From the NCBI GenBank assembly GCA_951406725.2, contig OX597821.1:28706001-28770000 (forward strand): a stretch of 64,000 nucleotides of DNA, written 5' to 3'. Position numbers and translations under genes: made by a program. Under the pieces are notes generated by a model. That model searched no databases and was not told the DNA's origin. It saw nothing but the letters and a program-made list of their open reading frames with translations. Below are positions 13,605 through 28,550 of the stretch, piece by piece. This DNA is from Octopus vulgaris. Taxonomy: Eukaryota. Positions within the stretch are counted from its first letter, which is position 1, and every line of letters starts with the position of its first letter.

Positions 13605-15216
13605 AGCGTTGAACAGAAAGAATACAATGAGAAAAGTTAGACGAAAGCAGAGTAGACGAAAACTAATCGGACAGGAAATTGGACGACACGATATATGGCA
13701 TGTTCGCAGCTGAGTTTTCCTCTTCAATCGAAGACGCAAAATATAACAGTCTCATGCCAATTACATTTAAACCTGCTCACTTTTGCGGGTGCCAGCACCT
13801 TTATTAAGCTACTGGGAAAAAGCTAGCGAATGTGTGCTAAGACAGGAACAAACAAGACATACAAATACCACGTACAACGAATTATGAATGTATAACAACA
13901 TGAAGCTTTACGGCTATATAGAAACGACGGAAAAATTATTATTATTATACATATACCACAAATACAGCAGAAAGAGCCTTGCAGCTGTCGAACAAACCAA
14001 GTGGGATTGCACAAAAAGGAAATAAGGTTCTAAAGGATAGAACGGGCGTAACAGGAGCCGAAGCCAGTGTGACCAGTGTCGTCAAAGGTAGGGTGGAAAA
14101 GAACGACACCATTTTTACCGAGCGCTGGTCACATGGTATGGAAAAGGAAGTATTGAGAGAAAGAAAAAGGGGATAACAGAGAGAGAGAGAGAGAGAGAGA
14201 ATGAAGGATCAGAGGTAGAAAGCAATGGAAAACGATAGAGGGAGAGAAAACGAAAGAGCAGAATGAGAGAGAGGAAATGTGTAATGGTGGCAATCGGGGG
14301 CGCAAGAGAGGGTAAGAATGGAGAAAGAGAGAGTAAGATACGGGTTGGAAAAGGATATATATATGTCTGTGTGTGTGTGCGCGCGCTTGTGTGTGTGTGC
14401 GCGCTTGTGTGTGTGTGTGTGTATACGTATATATGTATCGGCGATCTTTCAGTTTTCGTATAACAAATCTACTCAAAAAGCTTTGGTCTGCTCAAGGCTA
14501 TAGAACACAGTCACCGAAGGTGACACGCAGTAGGAGCGAACCCGGAGTCATGTGGTTGGGAAGTATGATTCTCATTTCTAATTCTCTTTGCTTACCTCAA
14601 TGTTCTGCTCGAAGTTTGCAGACGTGTTCCTTTCTCTGCTCAAAACCTTAACGCTTTGTTATTAAAGTTTTCTCTTTTTCATATATACATGTATATGTAT
14701 ATATACATATATACATATAAAAGAATCCAATTTATAATTGAGTATAATGCACGTTGTATTGTAATTCAGGGTGTTTCGATAACACATGCGCTTTTCTACG
14801 GTGTAGTTGAAACATGCAGTTAACATCACACGAGATTTGTTTATTATCAGAAGGCGTGGCGCCTGTTGTATTAATTATATCTCCTTTGTAGATATCTGCA
14901 ACTTTTTTGCAGCATCAGCAACTAAACTACTAATATATCAGATTTTGACAAATGTTTTTTTTTTTTTTGTATTTTATACAATTTTTGCTGCGTATTCCTT
15001 GATTTGCGGAGGATATAATCTAAAGGTACTTGTGAGTAGAGGAGAATTTTAATACTGACAAGTTATATCCATGTTTGGATTCCCTATCTCCTTGTAAGTA
15101 AAGGCTTACATATACATACATATATTTACGTGTGTCTATACCAGTGTGTGTGTGCGTTTTTGAGTGTGGGTCTTTTCTAAACGTATATGAGTATGCATGC
15201 ATGTGTGAATATATGT

Positions 15217-16114
15217 ATGTAGTATGCGAATATAAACAAGAAGGGTAGTAATATTATTTACTACCAGGTGCCCAGCACAAAAGACGAATTAGTCATAAGA
15301 CAAAAATATTATTCATATAGAAAAATATTATTCATGTAGTTATACAATTAGGGGCTCCTAAATTAGGATGCCGAGTGCTGGGAACACAGAAAGGGGATGA
15401 ATTTATCGAGAGTGAAAATCAAAAACGTTTACCGATAATTTTAACAACTCGAACCGCGGTTTCTGCTTCTTTCTAGCAAAACACAGAATATGTTTGCTAA
15501 GGCTAGAAAGAAGCAGAAACCGCGGTTCGAGTTGTTAAAATTTGTTTTGCTAGAAAGAAGCAGAAACCGCGGTTCGAGTTGTTAAAATTATCGGTAGACG
15601 TTTTTGATTTTCACTTTCGATAAATTCATCCCCTTTTTGTGTTTCCAGCACTCGGCATCCTAATTTAGGAGCCCCTAATTGTATAACTACATGAATAATA
15701 TTTTTCTATATGAATAATATTTTTGTCTTATGACTAATTCGTCTTTTGTGCTGGGCTACCCTTCTTGTTTATATTCGCATATTACATGATGGATTTATTC
15801 GTAAAATTCTTCCCGGCTTGCCCTATACTGCCGTGTAAGTTTTGCGTCTGTGCAGAGATTTGAAAAGTTAAGATCTGCTAGTAGTCGTGTTCAACACATG
15901 GTCCCACATCGCTGCAGACCTCGATTAAATTTAGGCGACTCGCTGATGAAGCTAGCCTTAGCAAACATATTCTGTGTTTTGCTAGAAAGAAGCAGAAACC
16001 GCGGTTCGAGTTGTTAAAATTATCGGTAAACGTTTTTGATTTTCACTCTCGATAAATTCATCCCCTTTTTGTGTTCCCAGCACTCGACATCCTAATTTAG
16101 GAGCCCCTAATTGT
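15217..16114 (+). mobile_element. Hammerhead-bearing Penelope-type/retrozyme-like element (432-nt period) with inverted 5' copy
   Basis: Direct repeat 15544-15684 matches 15976-16114; 15217-15505 is an inverted copy; 15502-15541 is a short extra direct copy. Confidence 0.8.
15934..16015 (+). ncRNA. Type I hammerhead ribozyme with extended stem II
   Basis: Stem I GGCGACUCG/CGAGUUGUU; CUGAUGA 15943-15949; A-GCU..hairpin..AGC-A; GAAA 15995-15998; stem III palindrome AACCGCGGUU; GUU cleavage after 16006. Confidence 0.85.
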
Positions 16115-16178
16115 ATGTATATACAAAGATACATGTATATAGATGCATGTATGAATAAGTACATATATACATATATAT

Positions 16179-16226
<48 letters not shown>

Positions 16227-16899
16227 CAACAGCTTAGGAAACTGAATATCATTAGAAGAGAGAGAAAATTGGCTAGTATGCTTGTACTGAGAATCGAACC
16301 CTGTACTGCTCAAATACGTGCTTTTAGTTTGAGTCAAGATGACATTTTTATATTAAATTGAAGGATTACTCAAAACATTTTATAGAGTATATATTTGCTA
16401 TCCTATTACACTATTGATAATGACTTTGAAGATACGTTCTTCTCGGTCTTTCATCTGATTGTCCGATGAAGGGCAAACCGATGACACTTTGGAGTTACTG
16501 TTAGCGGTAATTTTTGAAAGAAAAATAATCATATATATATATGTTAATATATTCACATATATATCCAGATATATACATATATATCCGTATATACACACAC
16601 ACACACCTACAACCCCCCCCACACACACACACACATACATATGTATATGGTGGTTTTCTACTCCCTATGCAGAGGCTGACCAACTCCTGTACCTACACTT
16701 TAGATCCGCCATGGGATATGATATGGGTTTTTAAAGTAGACAATGTATTGAAAAAACACCCACATAGATTGCATGTCCGATTTGGACCACCAGGACTGCA
16801 GTTAAGTTCTGATCTTCGGGGTCTTAAAATGTTACTTGAGGCCTCCGTTAGATTTGCATACCTCATAGTATACATGGCGTTGAAAGGTGTACACAAATC

Positions 16900-19170
16900 T
16901 ATAGGCAGAAAAGTTGGTGGAGGTTCGTTCTTCATGGCTCCGCAAATGAGAGTTGAGCCCAGGAATTGAGGGGCTTGTTTTGTCACAAACTGTACACACA
17001 AAAAGGTCACTGCGATTCACCTTCTCAATCGCAACATTCTTCTTTAAATCCTATCGTGAGTCTTGCATGTGTCAATCTGGTCTCCTCAAAGTTTTTCACT
17101 CTACTCTACACCTTTGTTCGCCATCCAGCTCGATTCGAAGCAAAGGATTCTATGGCATTTGGATCCATTCCAAATGACTTCATGGTGGTCCTTATCCTGT
17201 CCTTAAACCTCTTTTAAAATTTACACCGATTGCGTTTCTCGCCTGCAAGATCGCCATAAAACATCTGTTTGGGTATGCGTTCATCCACCATTCGAAAAAG
17301 ATGGCGTCATCTTCTCATTTGGTTTTTCAGCATCATTGATTTAATTAAAGTGATGCCTGCAAACGCAAAGACATCTGAGGCTGGAGTAAAAAAAAAAAGC
17401 TTTATTCAATGTTTAAAATGTGGCGAAGACATTTTTGTTGGAATCGTTCTAAAAAATTGAAATGTCAGGAGAATACAAGGATAGTAAAAAAATGATTTGT
17501 AAAGAGCTAATATTGTGTTGTTATTTATGTCGTTGGCACCAAACGCGTGGCTCCAGGCCACCAAATGCTTCTGCTACTCTTTGAATTCGCCAAAGTATTT
17601 CTGCGTCCAGTTTTCCATTATTTTGTACAAAGCTTCCAAGGTAGATGAAAGAGTCAACAACGTCACGTAATCAACCCTTAAAGAAAATTTTACAGGGGTT
17701 TCAACCAGCACCACGTGAAGGCGGATGCGTTAGAACTGGGGTTTTTTCAAGTTGGTCAACTGAGTAAAATGCAGATACAAGTGATTGCAGGCCCGTTTTA
17801 GGGTGACTGACGAGATCGCAATCGTCAGCGTATGATTGTTCCCTAATCAGTGAAGTGAAAACATTTGTTTTGAATTTCATTCTGGCCAGATTAGAAACAT
17901 TCCTGTTTGTTAGATATTTTATGTAAATACCCTCCTCTGAGTTTTGAAAAGCGTGTACCAGTACAACAGCAAAGTATATTGCAAAGGGAGTAGGTGCATC
18001 AAGGTTTCCCTGCTTTACTCCATTTTCCACGGCAAAAGATTTAGAGAGCCTACAACCAAACTTAAGTCTAGCCTTCATATCTTGATACTAAGCCCTGAGC
18101 ATGTTTACAAATTTTTCTGGACAACCTATTTTCTTTAGAATTAACCACAGGGAATTTCGGTTAACAGTATCTAATGCTTTGCTTAAATTAACAAAGTAAT
18201 GACATAGGGAAAGATTCTGTTCAACGCACTTTTCCTGACATTGTACAGTCAGTTGTATCCCTGGAGGATTGAAAACTGCATTGAGACTATTCAGTGGTCA
18301 ATTCAAAAGTGCAGAAAATGTTCTACTCAGCGCTTATGAATAGAGGCGGTGTCGGTCAAAAGCAAATCTCCATTTGCTGTTCTCACTGGAGCTATTGAAA
18401 AAGATTTTGGACTGTATACCTCCTTAACATAAGAGTACTAACATTTGGCATCATTTCTACCAGCTGCTTCTTGCACCCCTTCTGCTGTCATTACACCATT
18501 TCTTTTTTAATTTTCTTTAGAACTGACTGCACTTTCCCTTTCAGCTTTCTGTAAGCTTCGTTTGAATTGAGGTTCAAGGACTGAGAAAGAAGTGTATTAC
18601 CTAAATTATATTTTTCTAAAAGTAGATTATGAACTATTGGTGATTTGTCTCAAAACCAGTCACTGGACCTACGCAATTAAAATCCCACTGAGTCATTTCC
18701 AACACTCGCGTTGAAATCACCCAATATGACCAGCTTGTCAGAAATTGGTACTTAACTCAATAATTGTACTAGATCTTCATAAAACTGTCCTACAGTTTTA
18801 TCAGAGCGAGACACTGTCGGTGCATAAATACTGACAACGTTAAGAAACCTACCTTTTGTCTGTTTTATATGGCATGACATGGTTCGTTCAGAAATACCAC
18901 TTAGAAATTCTGCGATGGCGGATACTAATGAAGTCTTGAGAGCAAACCCAACACCAGAGTCTCTACGCTCAGGTAGGCCTCTCCAGAAGATAGTATATCC
19001 ATAAGTAGGTTAATTTATTTTACCCTTCTCAGACAGATGAGTTTCAGAGAGCGCAACTATATCAGAGGAATACTTTTTAAAGTTCACGTGCAATAAGGAC
19101 AGTATGACTTTCTAGTTGAAATTATCATCTAGAAGTGGGCGCACATCCCAACAGCCAAAATTCAATGGTT
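16900..19170 (-). mobile_element. RTE (BovB-type) LINE, near full span but heavily decayed
   Basis: APE endonuclease start (DIVALSETHL..GYTIFWRG..GVGFA), RT (GVKQG..YADDCDL) and terminal C2H2 finger (CTVCDK..GLNSHLRSH); many stops and frameshifts. Confidence 0.85.
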
Positions 19171-19690
19171 TTTTTTTTCTTTTTTTCTTGAGGATTGTTT
19201 TACCACACTTTCAGAGTAAGTTGAAAGTGTATTTTTAGGTTTCTGCCAACCAATTCAAGGATTTTATTTAGATTCAATGTACAAGAAGTACCTGTGCAGA
19301 TGAATAATTTTCGATGGGTGCACTATCTAAATCTATTGGCTCAAGAACACATTCGCTGGTGTGACATGAGAATTGCTAAAACCAGGAAATTCGAAAGCCC
19401 TGGGTTTTATTTTGGAGATTTCCTTCTCCTAGTTATATTACCAACCGAGGTAAAAGAGGATCTACCTGCCCCCTATGAGATAAGCTATCCCGTGTCAGAC
19501 ATGGAGCAGCACAAACACTCATACATAAAAAAGGTAAAAGATATGTATCTAAAAATATACATAATATATGCATATACGTATATAAAACAAAACTATACAT
19601 ACATATAAATATGCGTTTGTAGCGTCAAACTAATACACCTGCTTGTTGTTTATACACTTCTCTTCGTCTTTTGTTTTTCTGTAAATTTCA

Positions 19691-19731
<41 letters not shown>

Positions 19732-20013
19732 AAGAGAGAGAGAGAGAGAGAAATGTCTTCTCAATACATATACTTGCACACCTGGGCAGCTTAATGATGG
19801 ATATATGTCGAATTGTTGATATGATGATGGAATAGTATCATAACATCCTTTTGATATACTTGAGTGATAATCTAGAACGTTTTACAGATTTTTACAGTTC
19901 CAGTGATGGCTTGGAACTTTAGTCTTCGCATCAGCTTTCTACTTTCTGGTTTTGAGAAACCTGTCTTTCGACTGACATTTAGATAATGCGTTACACATCC
20001 CAGAGCATCAATG

Positions 20014-20044
<31 letters not shown>

Positions 20045-22139
20045 TGTATGTATGTATGTATGTATGTATGTATGCATGCATGTATGTATGCATGTATGTA
20101 TGTATCAAATGTTATATCGTCAGTCGCAAACGTATATACTTTTGTAGCATGCATTATATTTTCTTCCTTATCGTTTTTAAGTGCTTATGTAGTCGCAAAA
20201 AAACATATATACACACACCGCGGATCTATCACTTTGATTCTTAAAATTTTTTAAATGTATGATAGAGAGGACGGCATACCTGCACTGAGCTAGCTCATTT
20301 TCAGCTGAGCAAACTGGAGCACCATTAAGTAAACTACTTTCCTCATAGAGACGACGCGTCGCCTAGATCTTGAACCGAGCTTCCAAACATATGACCGTGT
20401 GACTAGAACCCTAAACACGTGGCTAAGCACATTTATTTACAGCATGTTATATCTTTAGCACTTGGATATTCATTTTACAACTGTTACTTATTCGTTACAT
20501 ATTTTCATACTTAACACAATATGTATAGTTAGGTTCATATTATTAACACTGCTCAAAGTAATATACTGGCATTGAAATTGATTGCATTTATCAGTTACGT
20601 CTCTAATATTCTCCGGGGTGTTTCTTCCGGTCGTCAAAAACAGATGGTATATTACTTGCTCTGCCATTTTTTTAATAAATCCCTTTTGCTAAGATAAGAC
20701 GAGAATTCTAATTCCTGTGGCCACGTAAACCAATTTCCCTACAAAAACATGTCCTCACTTGCACTTGTATTACGCATATCAATAACGAACTAAAGCGATA
20801 ATTCTCTTTTTCTATATCCTTTTTTGTTTCGGTCTTTTCGGACATTTCCGCTTATCGCTTTACCTTAGCGAATAGACGCATACATACACACACACACATA
20901 CACACACATATGCATGTATATATATATATATATATATATATACATGAGTGTGCGTGTGTATGTGTACAGAGTGCAGAAGTGAGAGAGAGAGCGAGTGAGA
21001 GAGAGAGAGCAGTTTGTGTGAACAACTACCGTATCTGTGAACACGGACGTAGGTGTGTTAACTCTGCAAACGTGCTAAATCTGGTTATACTGAGGCTCGT
21101 ACAGCTCTGAGAAATGAATATTATTTCTGAGATATTTTCTGAAGATCATGCTTCCAATCTTTTTCCTCCTTCAATCTTACTTTCGCTTTATATTATTTGA
21201 TTTTATTATTTCAAAATTTTCTCCGTGATTATATTTGTTCTTGTGCTTTCATGCAACTTGTGAACAAGTTGTAATGGATTCAGTCATTCTGCATCATACC
21301 ACCGTAAAGAATTAATAAGATGCCCTTTCAAAGAGAATCTAGACTTACTGGAGCATACTCAGCAAAAGGAGAGATGCATTAAATCTTAAAGCTTCTTGTT
21401 CATCATTTCAATTCTTGTAGCATGTACGTAACATCGATAAAATCTCGTCTTCATTATATAAAAATAAAATAAACAATTACTTTGGTAACCATAAAATTCC
21501 TAAGTCCTGTACTATGTAGTCTACTGTTACTTGGAAAGTATCGTTGCTCAAAAAACAAAGTACACACCTTGGCAATTCATGACACTTTCAGAAATAATCT
21601 TATGTACAGAACAGAATTAACACCTGTAAATATTGCAGAATAGAGCACTATAATGATTTCGAAGAACACATTTAGACCTAGACCTGGACTGCACTCTCAC
21701 ACTTATGTATAAAGAGCTAGTACTAAAATATTCTTTCATCACATTGGTTTTTACATATTCTTGTATTCAACAATATTACCATAAATTTGAGGAATTGCAT
21801 TCTGGTACCTGGGTTAATGCACTTCCAGTAATATATTTGCGACATGAAGGGCAACAAAAATGTAACTATTTTTATAATATAGATAAACGTTGTAACTCTA
21901 ACCCATATTTCAACAAACGATGCAGAGGCACCTCACAGCTGATTGGGAATTATACAATTTTTATGCATCATTTGAAGATCTTAACGAAGGGCAGCAAGAT
22001 TACAAGATGGTATCCAAAACAAACCTGAATTTTGAAGTATTATTTTATTCCCTTAGTTTTGCATGTTTACACTTTAATCGCCTTCTTTCAATCAGGAAAA
22101 TTATCACAGGCACTACGTGAAATGAACAAATATCACCTG

Positions 22140-22470
22140 GATAAAAACTATCCATTAAAAAAATGACAAATCATCAGGATTAGATAGAGTTTGTGCTGAA
22201 ATGCTTAAAGAAGTAGTCAAAATATTACCGTTTATTTTCAAAAAAGAAATTACCAACTATCTGGATCAATGAGGAAATACCGAACAGCTCGAAAAACGAC
22301 TCATTGTGAAATTATCAAGGAGAGGCGATGCATCAAACTAATAATTGGAGAGAATTCACTCTGTTATCAATCACCAGTAAAATATTTACCCATATCATAT
22401 TACTGCGCATCAGAGCAGTAGTAGACCAATTACTTCGCCATGAACAAGTTGGATACAGGAAAGGAAAATT
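22140..22470 (+). mobile_element. RTE-like LINE RT N-terminal fragment
   Basis: NWREFTLLSITSKIFTHIILLRI..LLRHEQVGYRKGK. Confidence 0.7.
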
Positions 22471-23505
22471 ATGTATGACACAGCTCCCCCAGCACTATGA
22501 TTGGGTGTTGAAGCAGTTACTCAATAACTCAAACGTAATATAACCTGACTTAGCAAAAGCTTCTGATAAAGTTGATCATGGTATGATGTGTCACAAACTG
22601 CGCGATTTTGGCATAGCCGGAAAACTTGGAGAGTGGTTACATGACTTTCTGAAAGATAGAAGTCAGGTAGTATTGGCAAATGCAGTTACCTCAAAGGAAA
22701 CAGAAATAGTGAGTGGTGTTTCACAGGGCACTGTCTAGAGATCACTGCTTTTCATAGTAGCCCTCTCAGATATGCCGTCAGCTGCCCAGATATCCACCCT
22801 TGCTAGCTACGCAGACGATACGATAGTCTCGCAGAAAATATAAAACCCTAACGATGTTGCATGCCTGCAGCAGGAGATGGACGCAATGTACAGACGCACT
22901 GAGGACAATAATATGCAATGCATATATATATGCACTGGGGTCAATAATATGCAGTGGAAAATTCAAAGGCCTGCGCTACCAGCATCCAAAACTGAGCGAA
23001 AAACTTACAGAGCACACTGGCCCAGAGGGTGGGGGGGATTACAATCCCGGAACCTATATCAGTGACCTGGGTATTGACATGAGTGATAATACCTCTTTCC
23101 AAGTGCACATTTCCAAGATGGCGACACACTTGCAGACGGCTGCCTGGATGAATCCTGAGAACCTTCAAAACCAGGGAGAAAGAAACAATGATAGTCCTCT
23201 GAAGGACATTTGTCCTCAGACACCTGGACTACTGTTCACAATTGTAGTCACCCCACAGTGTAAAATTCCCTTGAAGCAATCCAGCGAAGCTTCAGTAAGA
23301 AGATCGCCTCATTGCAACAGCTCAGCTATTGGGAAAGGCTGAAGCAGCTAAGATACTAATCCTTGGAGCGAAGGCGGGAGAGATGTGCCGTAATATACAT
23401 CTGGAAGATCCTTGAAGTGATTGTGTGTAAAATTTTGACCTTGAAAGCTACACGAATGCCAGAATGCGTCACCACTAAATAGTGCCAAAGATCTTAACAA
23501 TGCCG
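22470..23505 (+). mobile_element. CR1-like LINE RT remnant
   Basis: DLAKASDKVDH..GKLGEWLHDFLKDRSQ..SGVSQGTV..YADDT; same family as 200-1104. Confidence 0.85.
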
Positions 23506-24018
23506 GAAAAGAATCGCTTTTGTTAAACTTTACAATGAAAATGATAATATCTTTCAAAATTTTACTATCTGGGAGAACTTAATATTTCCCCAGCTTAATG
23601 TTCTCTCCTACAGTTTCAAGAAAGATATGGAGAATATGTTGAACTGATTCCAGCTACTTTGGTAAATCATTGTCTTTGACAGCCTGTGAAAGGTATTCTA
23701 TATCACAAGGAATTTGTTTTCAACAAAAGCATCTTCCGTCTTTTAAGCAACAGTTTGAACATTCCTGTCAATACAATCTTTCTAATGAAATTCTGCCTGA
23801 CATTTCAATGTGTATTCTCGGGTTTTATTCTTATAAAATGCTAAATATGTTTCCACCTGAAATTTGTTGAAAGCTTGCCGCCAATCCTTAAGACATACTT
23901 CATTTTAAAAGAAGCTACATTAAGTCTGAGCTCTTTAAGATGAATAGTATAGATACTGCTTACTGAAAGTATAATTGAATAGATATAAAGAATTTGACTA
24001 TCAATTCACATAAATATA

Positions 24019-24430
24019 TTTACTCTTTTACTCTTTTACTTGTTTCAGTCATTTGACTGCGGCCGTGCTGGAGCACCGCCTTTAGTCGAGCAAATCGACC
24101 CCAGGACTTATTCTTTGTAAGCCCAGTACTTATTCTATCGGTCTCTTTTGCCGAACCGCTATGTGACGGGGACATAAACACACGAGGCATCGGTTGTCAA
24201 GCAATGCTAGGGGGACAAACACAGACACACAAATATACACACCCATACATATATATATATACATATATCCGACAGGCTTCTTTCAGTTTCCGTCTACCAA
24301 ATCCACTGACGAGGCATTGGTCGGCCCGAGGCTATAGCAGAAGACACTTGCCCAAGATGCACGCAGTGGGACTGAACCCGGAACCATGTGGTTGGTAAGC
24401 AAGCTACTTACCACACAGCCACTCCTGCGC
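24019..24430 (-). mobile_element. tRNA-derived SINE, full length
   Basis: Reverse complement of 33020-33428; TSD ATAAATATATTT at 24010-24021 and 24437-24448. Confidence 0.92.
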
Positions 24431-25952
24431 GTACAATAAATATATTTTTTAAATGCTGAGAAATTTAGGGGTATATATCTTCACAAAAGATCCACTGAAT
24501 AACGATACACCTGAAAGGTTACATATGTGATATCCCTACATTATAAATGTTAAAGAGATTGTCATCATTTACATATTGCTTCTCCTGAAAACTGGACCAG
24601 CAAGGAACAATTATATTGGATAATAATGCAGTGCTTGGCAATGGAAAAGTAGGAATTATAAATTGTTCAGCAATCAATGTAACATTGTATCGATCAACAA
24701 GCTGCAACGATCATCTTATTTCACTTTTTTTTTTCAATACTGATATTTAGTTTCATTTCTCGATGGTGGAGTGACATCTTAGTTATAATTATTGTTTTGT
24801 AACTGTAACGATATCTATTTGATTCGTTTGGCATAAGAAATATCTTGTCTAGATATAGTATGATTACATATCTATGATGAATTTATCTCCATCAATTTTG
24901 GCGCTACATGTCATCTTGGAAAATATATAAAGTTATAGTTAACAGAACTCTATACAATATCTACAGAAGTAAATGTACGCAAGTTTTCATAAAACGGATA
25001 ATCATCCCTCTATCGACATTTTCGTTTATGATAATGACGTTTCTTTTTTTCCTTTTCATAACAATTTTCTTCTCCCCTTATAGATTATTCGTTATATATC
25101 TACATATTTACTATATGTATATTTATTATTATTTATATTCACATCTATACTTGTTTTATTTGCATGTACTAGTGTGTCATCTCAGCGATAAAACACGTGA
25201 TCAAAAGCTGTCTGGGTTTATGTTATAATACCTGTCCTCCTTTGTTCTAGCTTAACATCCAGATTGGTCAATACTGCTTGTCATGAAAGTTGACAGCCAA
25301 TATTTTCCTGTTTTATTTTATGGCAGCAAATGTTGGCAAGGTATTATCTTTCATTGAAGCGGGGTGTCAGACACAAACTACGAATACAACAAACGATATG
25401 TAATGCCATACTTTATGTAGGAAACGAAAACAAAAACAGAAAAGCATCAAAACACTTGAAAGACATGGTAACATACATATAGGAATATTCATTTACAAAT
25501 ATATATATATATATGTGTGTGTGTGGATGTGTGTGTGTATGTGTGTGTATGTGTGTATACACAGGCATGCATGTACACAAATCTACAGACACACAAGCAC
25601 ATATAAATACATAGATACCTGAATTGTTTATTTTTGTATATGTATATGCATACGTTTCTCTTCATAGACAAGTTATTGTGTTGTCAAAACTATGAATGAT
25701 AAGCATTAGAAAACTAAAATAGATTCAACTTAGTAACATGAAATGAATATCAGAAAATATTGAAAGATACTTCATCAACATTGAAATTTTGTCAGTAAGT
25801 TTACCTACAATATGTCTAGTGTTTAGGCCTAAAATAATTGGATCTTATACACTCATGTATGTAGTTTAAACACAGATACACCGCATACACCGATACAGCG
25901 CATACACAGACACACACATGCACACGCACACATGCATACACATACATATAAA

Positions 25953-25994
<42 letters not shown>

Positions 25995-26036
25995 AGGATA
26001 AGTGTATTATGTAAATTTCCTTACCACTCTTCCCAA

Positions 26037-26068
<32 letters not shown>

Positions 26069-26108
26069 ACTATATATATATACATCCATACATACATATA
26101 TATTTATA

Positions 26109-26155
<47 letters not shown>

Positions 26156-26160
26156 CTAAA

Positions 26161-26560
26161 TTAATAATAGAAGGGTAAAATTTATTAATTAAATCAATTA
26201 ATTAATTAATCAATTAATTAGCAATTTTACCAAGTAGATCGGTACGTTAAAATTACCTTTATAGGCAACATAATCCACATAATTATAATTAGGGTTCAGC
26301 TAACATCTTCACCACACACCGAAATTAGAAATAGCAGTTATAAATGCCTTTACTACTACTATAAGAATCTCTATGACGGTAAACATACTTTTTTGGGAAG
26401 GCAAATAGGAAAACAGTGAATCAACACGACTAGGATTAATTATATACGTGTTTCGAGATTAAAGAACATGGAGAAACGTATAGTAGCAGAAAAGGAATTT
26501 TTAATTCCTATTTCTAATTTTGGTATATAGTGAATCAGTTAGCTGAACCCTAATTATAAT

Positions 26561-26565
<5 letters not shown>
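26161..26565 (-). mobile_element. Truncated Penelope-type element with inverted segment (family of 28971-29679)
   Basis: Homologous to 28971-29280; 26508-26565 is an inverted copy of 26277-26334; carries the hammerhead 3' half (GAAACACGUA on minus, 26445-26454); flanked by (TA)n. Confidence 0.65.
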
Positions 26566-26610
<45 letters not shown>

Positions 26611-26929
26611 AACATCGCGGCAAGAAATTAAAACTAGTGCAGCAATATCAAACACCCTCCTACACCAAAGATCCATTCACATAGGAATGGTAATTGAAAA
26701 TGTGATTATACAAGCGATATCCCCCAGCATGGCTGTTATACTGAAACATGTAGAATAATATTATAAAAATAAAAATAACATGCATGCACAGAATGAAACG
26801 GAGAGAGCCGTAGCTAGATAGCCAGACAAACTGGCAAGAAGGAAAACTTACAGCTCCTCGTGGTCATTCTGACAAGTTTCATCGGGTTCAAACTTCTCTC
26901 TAATTCATGTGTATACATTTTCGGAGACA

Positions 26930-27044
<115 letters not shown>

Positions 27045-27600
27045 TTTGCACAGACACATACAAGAACACCCGCAGATATTCAGTAAATACATATGTACAG
27101 GTATAAATCTTTCTCTGTGAACATCAATGTCTGGTTGAGTATGCATGTATCTATGTAAGTTTATATTTATATTCGTTTATGTACTCAGTAATTAATAAAG
27201 CGTGCAAGTGCAGAGACTGCCAAAAACCATTTAACTCGATGCATCTGCATTTCTACACCCATAATTATACATATATGTCTAATTGACCGTGAAATCTTTT
27301 ATCTCTTTCAGAGATTTAGACTGCTGGCGATCATATTTTTATTTCGGTTGGGAAACAAGGGAAAATGAATGAAGAGGAAACAGATTGTCATAAATCACTT
27401 ACGTTTCCCTCGGTTTCCTGTCAGAATTCCATGAAATAGCACTTTATCAACAGCTTTACTTAGTTGTCGATGGTGATCAGCGTTGCCAAGAGCAGACATG
27501 CGCTGTGAGCAAATGCGTTATATGACTGAACACCGCTTCATATACGTACACACACTCATACATACAGGCATACATATATACACATATATATATACATGCA

Positions 27601-27692
<92 letters not shown>

Positions 27693-27860
27693 ATTTTGTT
27701 ACATATTTATATAATATAAATTAATCATATGTATTGGCTTAAGTCTTTCATTGTTTGATTTGCCTAATAGTGGTTTTGTCTCTAATTTAATATAATATAT
27801 ATATATATATAGGTATATATACATGCATACATATATGCATATATATACATGTATATATAC

Positions 27861-27922
<62 letters not shown>

Positions 27923-27991
27923 ATAGAGAAAGAGAGAGCGCGAGACAGAGACAGAGATAGATATCGATACACACACATATATGCGTCTGTC

Positions 27992-28045
<54 letters not shown>

Positions 28046-28338
28046 GGGTATGTGTGTGTATGTATGCATAAATATACAGATCTGAGGGTACGTTGCTTAG
28101 TGGTTATACAATCATAATCGTAAGATTGTGGTTTCAATATGAGGACTGGCCAATACTTTGCGTTCCTGAGCAAGCATTTCATTTCACATTGCTGCATCCC
28201 AAACTCGGTTGGCAAAAATGTGTAATTCTGCGACGTACCGGCAATCTTTCCGATGGCGTATATTCATGTTAAAACAGGATCCGTGAAACCGACCTTATGA
28301 ACCTATTGATCAACAATATACTAATGTATCTATTTCTT

Positions 28339-28383
<45 letters not shown>

Positions 28384-28388
28384 GTATG

Positions 28389-28420
<32 letters not shown>

Positions 28421-28515
28421 CCATCATGAAAACACAAGGAGATAACACGATAACGCGAGGACGTGGAACAAGTATAGTGTTATTGGAGGCTCAGGAAACG
28501 AAAGAAGGAAGGTGG

Positions 28516-28550
28516 ATTTAACGTTTCGAGCGGAGCTCTTCGTCAGAAAC
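28516..28550 (-). ncRNA. Minimal type I hammerhead ribozyme
   Basis: Reverse complement reads GUUU-CUGACGA-A-GAGC-UCC-GCUC-GAAAC-GUU-AAAU. Confidence 0.85.

Noticed and set aside
16460-16490. CCGAUGA-AGGGCAAACC-GAUGAC hammerhead-like string
   Set aside because: Both core segments deviate and no stem III or cleavage triplet is evident.
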